From Candidatus Peregrinibacteria bacterium (lineage in GTDB: Bacteria > Patescibacteriota > Gracilibacteria > CAIRYL01), in contig JBAXIU010000003.1 of the NCBI GenBank assembly GCA_037138215.1, positions 1 to 53,967 on the forward strand: a stretch of DNA of 53,967 bases, written 5' to 3'. The notes under the pieces were generated by a model. That model was not told where the DNA came from. It saw only the letters and a program-made list of their open reading frames with translations, and did no database searches. The position numbers and the translations under genes were made by a program. This document shows positions 18,475-27,192 of this stretch, piece after piece. Positions within the stretch are counted from its first letter, which is position 1; each line of letters starts with the position of its first letter.

Positions 18475-20133
18475 TCAAACTTTTCCCGCCAGTTCCTGCA
18501 CTTTTTTTACACGGTTTTCGGATTTAAGAATTTCTGTGCCAATCAGCACGGCATCAGCAGTGCACGCATATTGGTGAATATCTTCTGCCGTTTTAAGCCC
18601 ACTTTCTGCCACAAAAATATAGTTTTTACGAGTATCATCACTGCCCTTAAGAAGGTGGTGAGCCAGAACTTTTCCAAAATGTGTGGGATCGACCGATAAA
18701 TCTCGAAAATCCCGATTATTAATGCCAATAATTTTCGCCGTCGTTTTTTCCAATATTTCTTGCAACTCCTCTGTGGTATGCACTTCCACCAGGGCATCTA
18801 TTCCTAACTTCTCACAAAGCTCTAAAAATTCTTTAATTTTTGCCGTGGTCAAAATACTCTTCATAAGAAGCACGGCATTAGCACCCTCTTCCACTGCTTC
18901 GTAAATTTGGGAGTCGTGCACAATAAAATCTTTCCGAAGGAGCGGGAGATGCGTTGCACTTCTGGCTTTTTTAAGATTTTCCAGACTTGCTCCAAAAAAT
19001 GCCGAGTCGGTGAGCACGGAAATAGCAGAGGCGCCGTTTTCGGTATACAGCCTTGCGAGGTCTTCTACCGTATCTGTTTCCCGAAAAAGTTTCCCTTGAG
19101 AAGGAGATGCAGGTTTAATTTCGGCTATTAGATGGGGTGTTTGAGATAGACCCTTTTTTGGCTTTAAAAGAGCATTATAAAAGGCGCGGGGGGTTGTAGG
19201 GGCGCGAGTTGTCGCGTCCGTTTTTTTGTAATCCGAAATTGTTTTCCATTTTTCTTTCACAATGCGGTGCAATATTTTTTGTGTTTTTGTAGAGCCGTTG
19301 CATGCAACGGTTCTACAAAAACAATTCTCCATTTCTTCTTCTGGCGCATTTAACCCCGTAAAAATCTCAAATTGCGCCATGCCCTGGTACAAAAACATTT
19401 TTTCTCCGCTGATAATTTTTGCACCGGCCGATTCTGCTTCTCGTAAAAATCTTGTTTTTTGGGGCGTATATACAATATCAAGCGCCGTGTGGTGGTCATT
19501 CCAAAAGGTTTTTGGGATGGGACTTTCGTTTTCATATGCACCAGTCATTCCGAGAGAGGTGGTATTGATGACGAGGTCAATGGTTTTTGGGTTTTGTAGA
19601 GACGCATTGCAATGCGTCTCTACGGTTTTAAATTCTTCTGCTAATTTTTGCGCCTTTTCCACCGTTCTATTCCAGAGAAAAATTTGAGAAACCCCTGCAT
19701 TTTCCAACGCGTATAAAATGGCTCTCGTGGCTCCTCCAGCGCCTAAAACCAGAGCAGTTTTTCCACGGATTTCAAACTTTTCCGTCAGAGATTTTAAAAA
19801 CCCCGTTCCGTCGGTATTGTCCCCCACCAATTTTCCATTGCGCCAAAAAATGGTATTTACGGCACCTATTTTTTGGGCAGCCGGATTCAGTGTATCGAGA
19901 TATTTTATGACCACTTCTTTATGGGGAACGCTGACAGAAAGCCCAGAAATTTCTCCGGACATTACTCGTTTTGCAAAAAATTCGTCTAAATTTTCAGGAG
20001 CAATTTCAAACCGTTCGTATTTCCCCGGGAAACCCCACGCCAAAAACCCAGCCGTATGAAGCGCCGGGGAAAGGGAATGCGATGCCGGGTAGGCGAGAAT
20101 GCCGAAACGCTGAAAAGAGGAGGGGTGGGGCAT
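18475..20133 (-). CDS. Fusion of shikimate dehydrogenase (AroE) and indole-3-glycerol-phosphate synthase (TrpC)
   Basis: N-half HSLSP, VSVPHK, GAVNT, NTDG, GAGGA, NRT, DIVY; C-half IAEIKPASPSQG, SVLTD, LLRKDF, EVH, GINNR, AESG. Start ATG 20133. Confidence 0.9.
   Translation of the reverse strand: MPHPSSFQRFGILAYPASHSLSPALHTAGFLAWGFPGKYERFEIAPENLDEFFAKRVMSGEISGLSVSVPHKEVVIKYLDTLNPAAQKIGAVNTIFWRNGKLVGDNTDGTGFLKSLTEKFEIRGKTALVLGAGGATRAILYALENAGVSQIFLWNRTVEKAQKLAEEFKTVETHCNASLQNPKTIDLVINTTSLGMTGAYENESPIPKTFWNDHHTALDIVYTPQKTRFLREAESAGAKIISGEKMFLYQGMAQFEIFTGLNAPEEEMENCFCRTVACNGSTKTQKILHRIVKEKWKTISDYKKTDATTRAPTTPRAFYNALLKPKKGLSQTPHLIAEIKPASPSQGKLFRETDTVEDLARLYTENGASAISVLTDSAFFGASLENLKKARSATHLPLLRKDFIVHDSQIYEAVEEGANAVLLMKSILTTAKIKEFLELCEKLGIDALVEVHTTEELQEILEKTTAKIIGINNRDFRDLSVDPTHFGKVLAHHLLKGSDDTRKNYIFVAESGLKTAEDIHQYACTADAVLIGTEILKSENRVKKVQELAGKV
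19196..19220 (+). repeat. Degenerate GTAG REP inside the TrpC N-terminal region
   Basis: GTAGGGGCGCGA-gttg-TCGCGTCC; reads DATTRAPT in the protein. Confidence 0.65.
19289..19316. repeat. REP family A copy at the AroE/TrpC junction
   Basis: One mismatch to 5676-5703; reads CRTVACNGST. Confidence 0.92.
19596..19623. repeat. REP family A variant inside the AroE domain
   Basis: Perfect palindrome GTAGAGACGCATTGCAATGCGTCTCTAC; reads VETHCNASLQ. Confidence 0.92.
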
Positions 20134-20328
20134 AAAAAAAGAAATTTTTGAGGACGAAATTTGCCAGAATACAGAAAAATGACGGTGTAAAAAAGAAAAA
20201 CATCTCCCCCAGAATATGGAAAAAATCATTTTTTTACAATCTTCCATCTCACTTTCTTCCTTTTTCTTGTTTTCCGCATTTTCTTTCGGCACCATAAAAA
20301 AAGAACGGATACTTTTGCCCCTCTGTTT

Positions 20329-22743
20329 ATGTCCCAAAATCTCGTAATTGTGGAGTCTCCTGCGAAAGCCAAGACCATTGAAAAATTCTTGGGAAAAGAA
20401 TTTACGGTAAAATCGAGTTTTGGGCATATTCGAGATTTGCCAAAAAGTGGTATGGGAATTGACTTAGAGGGGGATTTTTCACCTACTTATGAAATTTCTG
20501 CTGGGAAAAATAAAGTAGTGGCAGAACTGAAAAAAGCGGCAAAAGAAGCCACCACTGTCTGGCTCGCCTCCGATGAGGACCGCGAAGGAGAAGCTATTTC
20601 ATGGCATTTGGCAGAAGTTTTAAAACTCAAACCCGAAAATACCAAACGCATTGTGTTCCATGAAATCACCAAAACCGCTATTGAAGCGGCGATTCAAAAT
20701 CCGCGGAGTGTGGACCAACACCTGGTGGACGCACAACAGGCCCGGCGCGTATTAGACCGATTAGTGGGGTACGAGCTTTCCCCTGTATTGTGGCGAAAAA
20801 TTCGGGCAGGGCTTTCTGCTGGACGCGTACAAAGCGTGGCAGTAAGACTTATTGTCGAGAGAGAAAAAGAAATTGAGGCGTTTAATTCCTCCTCTCTTTT
20901 TGCCGTAAAAGCAGAATTTATAACCCCAGAAGGGAAGAGTTTTTTTGCGGAATGCAGTGAGAAATTTCAAAACGAAGCCAGCGCAAAAGCCTTTTTAGAA
21001 ACCGCATTAACGGGCGAATACACCATAAAGAGTGTGGAGAAAAAACCAGCAAAACGGTCTCCCGCGCCTCCATTTACCACTTCTACCCTCCAGCAAGAAG
21101 CCGCACGAAAACTGGGATTTTCCGTAAAAAAAACCATGATGGTGGCGCAAAAATTATACGAATCGGGAAAAATTACCTATATGCGAACCGACTCGTTTAA
21201 TCTCTCTAGCATGGCTTTGGGGGCGGCAAAAGAATACATTATCAAAAAATACGGAGAAAATTTTTCGCATTTCAGAACCTACACCACCAAAACCAAAGGC
21301 GCGCAAGAAGCGCATGAAGCCATTCGTCCTACCAATCTTTCCCAAGAAATGGCGGGGAATGAAAAAGACGAAGAACGGCTATACTCCCTGATATGGAAAC
21401 GAACCATTGCTTCCCAAATGAGCGATGCGCAATTTGAGCGCACCACAGCAGTTATTTCTGCCAAAAGTGTTCCGCATGAATTTTTGGCAAAGGGCGAAGT
21501 GATCACCTTTAGTGGATTTTTGGAGGTGTATCTCGAAGGAAAAGATGATGAAGAAGAGGGAGAGGAAGGAATGCTTCCCGCACTTAAAAATGGAGATAAG
21601 GCAGATCTTGGGAATCTCCAGGCAAAACAATCGTTTGCCCGTCCACCAGCGCGGTACAGTGAAGCAGCATTGGTAAAAAAACTAGAAGAAATGGGAATTG
21701 GACGACCTTCTACTTATGCGCCCACTATTTCCACCGTACAAGACCGCGGATATATTGAAAAAGGCGTTTCGGAAGGGGAAGAACGAAAAATCATCATTCT
21801 CTCCGCAAAACCCCTTTCTCCGGTGGTGAAGAGAGAAGAAAAAACAGAAAAAACAGGATCAGAAAAAGGAAAGTTAGTGCCCACTCCCATTGGGCGCGTG
21901 GTAACCGATTTTTTGGTAGAGCATTTTGCGGATATTGTGGATTACGGATTTACGGCAAAAGTAGAGGAAGAATTTGACACGATTGCGGAAGGAAAAACGA
22001 AATGGAATGCGATGATTAAATCTTTTTACGGCGATTTTCGGAAAAATATCGAAGAAAAGATGGGAAGTGTTTCTCGTGCAGATGCCATTCAGGAGCGCGT
22101 TTTAGGAACAGATCCCAAGAGTGGAAAACCCGTTTCTGCGCGGATGGGGCGATTTGGTCCGTATATTCAAATTGGAACCAAAGATGATGAAGAAAAGCCA
22201 TTATTTGCGTCTCTTCGCCCGGGACAAAATGGAGATAAAATTACTCTGGAAGACGCTTTGGAGCTCTTTAAACTCCCAAGAAATTTGGGAAAAACCGCGG
22301 AAGGAGAAGAGATTCTCACCAATTTTGGGCGATTTGGTCCGTATATAAAAATTGGATCTCTGTTTGTGTCTATCAAAAAAGATCCCATGGAAATTACGCT
22401 AGAAGAGGCTTTGGAAGCGATTGTTGCCAAAAAACAGGCGGAAATTGAAAAGCACATTAAAACATTTGCCGGAACGGATATTCAAATTTTAAAAGGTCGG
22501 TGGGGACCATATATTTCAGACGGAAACAAGAACGCCAAAATTCCAAAAGAACGGCAAGAACATCCAGAAACCCTCACCCAAGAAGAGTGTGAAGCGCTGC
22601 TTAAAACTGCACCGGTGAAAAAGGGTGGTTGGGGAAAAAAGAAAGCCGTTCCCGCAAAAATAACGGCAACAAAAACCAGCGTAAAAAAGCCAGCAGCCAA
22701 GAAAACGGCGGTAAAAAAGGCACCGGTGAAAAAGAAAGCATAA
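20329..22743 (+). CDS. topA: DNA topoisomerase I (type IA) with C-terminal repeats and a basic tail
   Basis: IVESPAKAKTI, DEDREGE, SAGRVQS, ITYMRTDS, AQEAHEAIRPT, GIGRPSTY; G.FGPY repeats; K/A/P-rich tail. Confidence 0.97.
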   Translation: MSQNLVIVESPAKAKTIEKFLGKEFTVKSSFGHIRDLPKSGMGIDLEGDFSPTYEISAGKNKVVAELKKAAKEATTVWLASDEDREGEAISWHLAEVLKLKPENTKRIVFHEITKTAIEAAIQNPRSVDQHLVDAQQARRVLDRLVGYELSPVLWRKIRAGLSAGRVQSVAVRLIVEREKEIEAFNSSSLFAVKAEFITPEGKSFFAECSEKFQNEASAKAFLETALTGEYTIKSVEKKPAKRSPAPPFTTSTLQQEAARKLGFSVKKTMMVAQKLYESGKITYMRTDSFNLSSMALGAAKEYIIKKYGENFSHFRTYTTKTKGAQEAHEAIRPTNLSQEMAGNEKDEERLYSLIWKRTIASQMSDAQFERTTAVISAKSVPHEFLAKGEVITFSGFLEVYLEGKDDEEEGEEGMLPALKNGDKADLGNLQAKQSFARPPARYSEAALVKKLEEMGIGRPSTYAPTISTVQDRGYIEKGVSEGEERKIIILSAKPLSPVVKREEKTEKTGSEKGKLVPTPIGRVVTDFLVEHFADIVDYGFTAKVEEEFDTIAEGKTKWNAMIKSFYGDFRKNIEEKMGSVSRADAIQERVLGTDPKSGKPVSARMGRFGPYIQIGTKDDEEKPLFASLRPGQNGDKITLEDALELFKLPRNLGKTAEGEEILTNFGRFGPYIKIGSLFVSIKKDPMEITLEEALEAIVAKKQAEIEKHIKTFAGTDIQILKGRWGPYISDGNKNAKIPKERQEHPETLTQEECEALLKTAPVKKGGWGKKKAVPAKITATKTSVKKPAAKKTAVKKAPVKKKA

Positions 22744-22817
22744 AAATTGGAGAGGAATCCAATTCTCGCACTCCATCTTAAAAAAAGTCGACAAAACTCA
22801 AAGACATTCAATAATCC

Positions 22818-22902
22818 GTCATTGCGAGGAGGCACGACGAAGCAATCTATCCACCAGATAAGGAGTGAAAAATTATTGATTGCTTCGTTCCTCGAGAGTG
22901 AC
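22818..22902. repeat. Inverted doublet of GTCA..GCGAG..GCAATC repeats (family B)
   Basis: GTCATTGCGAGGAGGCACGACGAAGCAATC (22818-22847) faces GATTGCTTCGTTCCTCGAGAGTGAC (22878-22902). Confidence 0.88.
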
Positions 22903-22959
22903 AGGAACACCCCTTTTTCAGAAATTTTCTAAAAAACTATTCTCTCGTATCCTGCCCCT

Positions 22960-24366
22960 ATGACCACCTCTCGCGTAGATTTCTCCGGCCTTTCTCGGTC
23001 AGACCTCGACGACGCCAATGCGTCTGAGTACACCAAGAATTTTTCTAAAGGGCTTTCTGAAGCCCTGATTCGTAAAATTTCTGCGGATAAACATGAGCCA
23101 AAATGGCTTTTGGAACACAGACTCGAATCATTAAAAATTTTTTTAGAAATGCCAAACCCCTCTTGGGGACCGTCTTTAAAAACGCTCCATTTTGAAGAAA
23201 TTTGTTTTTATGCCATTGCCTCCGATAAAAAAAATGCGAAATCGTGGGATGATGTAGACCCCGCCATTAAACGCACTTTTGAAAAACTCAAAATTCCAGA
23301 AGCAGAACGAAGTGTTTTAGCGGGAGTGGGAGCGCAATATGAAAGCGAAACCGTGTACCATTCTTTAAAAGAAGAATGGGAAAACCTGGGGGTTATTTTT
23401 TTGGATTTTGATGAAGCGGTAAAAACGCAAGAAGCGCTGGTAAAAAAATATTTCATGAAATGCGTTTCCAATAAAGACCATAAGTATTCGGCACTCCATG
23501 GTGCGGTATTTTCTGGAGGAACCTTTTTGTTTGTTCCTCAAGGCGTGCATATTTCTGACCCTCTTCAGGCGTACTTTAGAATGAATGCTGCAGGAATGGG
23601 ACAATTTGAACACACCCTCATTATTATCGAAGATGGCGCTCAGGCGCAGTACATAGAAGGCTGTAGCGCTCCCAAGTACGGAGAAAATGCGCTTCATGCC
23701 GGATGTGTAGAAGTATTTGTGGGAAAAAATGCAAGTTTTCGGTATTCATCCGTAGAAAACTGGTCCCACGATACCTACAACCTGAATACCAAGCGCGCTA
23801 TTGTGGCAGAAGACGGAAAAATGGAATGGGTAGGGGGGAATATGGGATCAGCAGTAACCATGCTGTACCCGGCAACCATTTTGGCAGGAAACCGGTCACA
23901 AGCGCAGCATTTGGGAATAGCCGTCGCTTCAGGAGCGCAAAACCAAGATACCGGTGCAAAAATTACAATTCTCGGAAAAGACTGCAAAGCGAGTGTTATC
24001 GCCAAAAGCATTTCAAAGGATTCCGGAATTTCTACCTATCGGGGAATGGTGGACATTAAAAAAACGGCAGACAGAGCAGTGGTAAATGTGCAGTGTGATG
24101 CGTTGCTTTTTGATCGGTCTATTAGTGATACGCTTCCCCTTATGAAAGTTGCCAACGACAGTGCCAGCGTAACGCACGAAGCAAGTGCTGGACGCATTTC
24201 CGAAGAAGTGCTCTTCTTTTTAGAGTCTCGAGGACTTTCGGAAGAAGGCGCAAAAGGCATTATTGTGAATGGGTTTTTGGAGGATATCGTGAAAACCCTT
24301 CCCCTAGAATACGCGGTGGAGCTAAATAGGCTTATTGAACTGGAGATGGAGGGCAGTATTGGATAA
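22960..24366 (+). CDS. sufB: Fe-S cluster assembly protein SufB
   Basis: GVGAQYESE, SGGTFLFVP, GQFEHTLII, YIEGCSAP, DTGAK, HEAS, MEGSIG. Confidence 0.96.
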   Translation: MTTSRVDFSGLSRSDLDDANASEYTKNFSKGLSEALIRKISADKHEPKWLLEHRLESLKIFLEMPNPSWGPSLKTLHFEEICFYAIASDKKNAKSWDDVDPAIKRTFEKLKIPEAERSVLAGVGAQYESETVYHSLKEEWENLGVIFLDFDEAVKTQEALVKKYFMKCVSNKDHKYSALHGAVFSGGTFLFVPQGVHISDPLQAYFRMNAAGMGQFEHTLIIIEDGAQAQYIEGCSAPKYGENALHAGCVEVFVGKNASFRYSSVENWSHDTYNLNTKRAIVAEDGKMEWVGGNMGSAVTMLYPATILAGNRSQAQHLGIAVASGAQNQDTGAKITILGKDCKASVIAKSISKDSGISTYRGMVDIKKTADRAVVNVQCDALLFDRSISDTLPLMKVANDSASVTHEASAGRISEEVLFFLESRGLSEEGAKGIIVNGFLEDIVKTLPLEYAVELNRLIELEMEGSIG

Positions 24367-24369
24367 CGC

Positions 24370-25425
24370 TTATTTATACTGCATCTTCACTCCCATTGCG
24401 TGCGAAAATGATGCCTGCAACGGAGAAACCGTACCGGAGACCGTCATTAAGAATTCGTCCCAAGGACTTAATGGAGCCCTAAATTCTACCAGCTGCACAG
24501 AAGTTTTCATTTCGGCTCGCAAGTTTACCAGCAAATCTCCCAATGAGGTGACGGTTTTATCGACGAGCTTGTTTTTTTCTCCCTGCGTTCCCGAATAAAT
24601 CCGCCCGTCGGCAAGGGTTTTTACCGTTTCCAATGGAAGATGTCGTCCATCGGCCACTCGCTGTAAAAACTTTTGGTATGACTCATCCACCAACGCCTGA
24701 AAAACCTTTTGCTCTTCATCGGTCATAGCTCTAAAAGGGCTTCCCATATCTTTTAACGCACCCGATTTAACCGTTTGCATTTGGATTCCTACTTTTTCGA
24801 GGAGTCCTTGAATATGAGGAGAATCGATACGCACTCCAATATTTCCGAGCAGCGTTTCCGGATACGCATAAATTTTAGATGCAGGCGTAGAAATATAATA
24901 TCCTCCGCTGGCAGCCATGTTTTCCATGAGCACATAAACGGGCTTTTTCTCTTTGTTAATGCGGTCAATGGTAGTAGTAATTCGCTCTGATGCACCCACT
25001 TCTCCACCGGGGGAATCCACACGAAGGACAATAGCCGCAATATCCGCATCATCCGCCGCAGAAGCCAGGAGTTTTATGAGCTCTGGCGCAATAATCATCC
25101 CGGTTGCCATAGCAGGAGGGATTTCCTGATCCGTAATTTCCCCCTTAGCGGAGATGAAGGCAATATGCTTCGCATTTGCATCCGTATCCACTTCTCGAAA
25201 ATATTCGTCAATTGCTGTTTTTTCGTATGGCGTAGGACTTTTTGCCTGTTTTTCCATTTCAGCACTTCCGGCAATGGCTCCAATAATGGCAAATACAAAA
25301 AAGACTTTTATAACGCCCCACGCAATGGTTCCAATATTTTCCCAAAGGGGTTTTTTAATGGTCACCTCCAGTACTTGTGGAGCAGGAGCATCAGGAATTT
25401 CTGAATTTTTGGGAATAGAAAACAT
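24370..25425 (-). CDS. sppA: Signal peptide peptidase SppA (S49)
   Basis: LRVDSPGG, AASGGYYI, KSGALKDMGSPFR, ADGRIYSG; N-terminal TM helix. Confidence 0.93.
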   Translation of the reverse strand: MFSIPKNSEIPDAPAPQVLEVTIKKPLWENIGTIAWGVIKVFFVFAIIGAIAGSAEMEKQAKSPTPYEKTAIDEYFREVDTDANAKHIAFISAKGEITDQEIPPAMATGMIIAPELIKLLASAADDADIAAIVLRVDSPGGEVGASERITTTIDRINKEKKPVYVLMENMAASGGYYISTPASKIYAYPETLLGNIGVRIDSPHIQGLLEKVGIQMQTVKSGALKDMGSPFRAMTDEEQKVFQALVDESYQKFLQRVADGRHLPLETVKTLADGRIYSGTQGEKNKLVDKTVTSLGDLLVNLRAEMKTSVQLVEFRAPLSPWDEFLMTVSGTVSPLQASFSHAMGVKMQYK

Positions 25426-25522
25426 AAGCAAGAAAAAATCATCCCCATGGTACCAAGAGGAGGGAGAGAAAGAAATGGAGATTTTGAAAGACTCCGAATA
25501 CTATGAAAAAGTTATTTTAGTC

Positions 25523-26311
25523 CTAGTCTTTTTTTCGTCCCGAAAGCGTCCGCGCCAGATGGGAAATAAAAGGAATTTCTAAATAATTTCCGTTCCACGC
25601 CGTCCACATGGCAAAAAACACGAGTCCAAAAAAGAAGAGGTAAAGAATCCAAAAAATCACCACAAAAAGAGTGAGGATTCCTAATAAGAAATAAACGGGA
25701 AGCGAAACAAGAAAAATGGCGAGCAGTGCAAACCCTTGCCAAGCATGGTATTGCACAAAACGGGAATCTTTTCGGGAAGAGAGGGTAAAAAAGCACAAAA
25801 ATGGAATATACGAAATGGCTCCAAACATGCGTTCATCATCTTCAATACTGTTTTCTTCGGGCAAACTTTCGTCAATTTCTCGCGGAGTGGAAGTGGAAAC
25901 ACCCACCATGTTTACAGACTTTGCTACCGGTTTTACTAAGGGGGCAGGCTCTTCTTTTTTTTCAGGAGAAGTACCCTCTGGCGCAGACACAACAGGAGCC
26001 TCTTTGAGAAGCACTGCTGGTTTTTTCCCAGTAATCACAAAACTCACCGCTCCCTTTAATTTTTCAGAAAGGGTTGGTTTTGGCTTTTCTACAGGGATTT
26101 CCACCAAAAGAGGGTCTGAGACTGGTTGAGCTGGAGTCTCCAACTCTGCCAAGAGTTTTTTTGCGGTATGCTCTGGAAAAAGTTTGAGGATTTGCGCGCA
26201 TCCCGCCTTGGCTTCTGCTATTTTGCCGGTTGTTGCCCAGGTTTCTACCTTTTCCCACGCCTGTTCCACCGTCATCCCATTTTGCTCTAAAAACTGCTCT
26301 TCTGGGGTCAT
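25523..26311 (-). CDS. Membrane protein with a C-terminal DUF4870/Tic20-like domain
   Basis: GAISYIPFL...FVQYHAWQG...G.Y.EIPFI at the C-terminus, after a P/E/K-rich linker. Start ATG 26311. Confidence 0.7.
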   Translation of the reverse strand: MTPEEQFLEQNGMTVEQAWEKVETWATTGKIAEAKAGCAQILKLFPEHTAKKLLAELETPAQPVSDPLLVEIPVEKPKPTLSEKLKGAVSFVITGKKPAVLLKEAPVVSAPEGTSPEKKEEPAPLVKPVAKSVNMVGVSTSTPREIDESLPEENSIEDDERMFGAISYIPFLCFFTLSSRKDSRFVQYHAWQGFALLAIFLVSLPVYFLLGILTLFVVIFWILYLFFFGLVFFAMWTAWNGNYLEIPFISHLARTLSGRKKD

Positions 26312-26377
26312 ACCAAAAAAATAAAATTGCACCCAGTATGCCATACTTTTTATCAAATTTCAATGCCTGAGCCGTTT

Positions 26378-27169
26378 TTACAGCGAAAAAAGCCGTTTCG
26401 CGTTCTCCACCAAAACTTCTGCACATTTTTGTACCGGCAGATTTTTAATATCAGCAATGCACTCCACCACTTCGGTCATGTACGCCGATTCATTTCTTTT
26501 ACCGCGGTATGATTGGGGTGCTAGATACGGCGCATCGGTTTCCGTTACTAAAAATTCCAGGGGTGTTTTTTGGACTGCTTCGCGGATATGGTCGTTTTTT
26601 TTGTAGGTGAGTGTTCCTCCAATTCCCAAAAAATAGCTAAGTTCTTGCGTTGCAAATTCGGAAAAAGAGGAGTCTTCGCAAAAACAGTGAAATACTCCTC
26701 TTTTGGGAAGTTCCGTTTTATAAAGCCGAAAGAACTGGAGGGTTTCTTCTTTGGCATTGCGGGTATGAATCACCAAGGTTTTATTATACTCCCTCGCAAA
26801 ATGAATATGTTCCAGAAGTGAGGCCTCCTGAAGCGCGCGCAATTCGGGCGTATCGGCATGAAAAAAATCAAATCCTGTTTCTCCAAGCGCAACAATTTTT
26901 TGCGGATATTTTTTTAGGAGTGCTTCCAAATCCTCCAATGCTTTTGGCAATTCAGAAAGGGGGAGCACGGAGCACGGATGGATTCCTACACTGGCCCACA
27001 TATTTTCATATAAAAGCGCCAAATCCACGGCGCGCTGGGAAGAAGCAAGATCACAACCGATTTGGATTTTGCCCACCACTCCGGCATTTTTTCCACGGGT
27101 CATCATTTCCTCTCGGTCTTCGTCAAAACCCTCAAAAGAGTCGTGGGTATGGGTATCAAAAAGGGTCAT
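26378..27169 (-). CDS. tatD: TatD-family nuclease
   Basis: DTHTH, GIHP, GETGFD, IHTR, FHCF, ETDAPY. Confidence 0.94.
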   Translation of the reverse strand: MTLFDTHTHDSFEGFDEDREEMMTRGKNAGVVGKIQIGCDLASSQRAVDLALLYENMWASVGIHPCSVLPLSELPKALEDLEALLKKYPQKIVALGETGFDFFHADTPELRALQEASLLEHIHFAREYNKTLVIHTRNAKEETLQFFRLYKTELPKRGVFHCFCEDSSFSEFATQELSYFLGIGGTLTYKKNDHIREAVQKTPLEFLVTETDAPYLAPQSYRGKRNESAYMTEVVECIADIKNLPVQKCAEVLVENAKRLFSL

Positions 27170-27192
27170 AGAAAAAGAAAAACGAGAAAATA

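Noticed and set aside
20134-20427. 98-aa N-terminal extension of the AroE-TrpC ORF
   Set aside because: It overlaps the divergent topA start and has no AroE similarity; ATG 20133 fits better.
22620-22743. K/A/P-rich repeats at the end of TopA
   Set aside because: A basic low-complexity tail is a known feature of zinc-ribbon-less TopA proteins and is not unusual.
22482-22932. ORFs spanning the topA-sufB gap, and similar ones at 35247-35844 and 29632-30066
   Set aside because: These are shadow ORFs over real genes and family B repeats, with no independent coding evidence.
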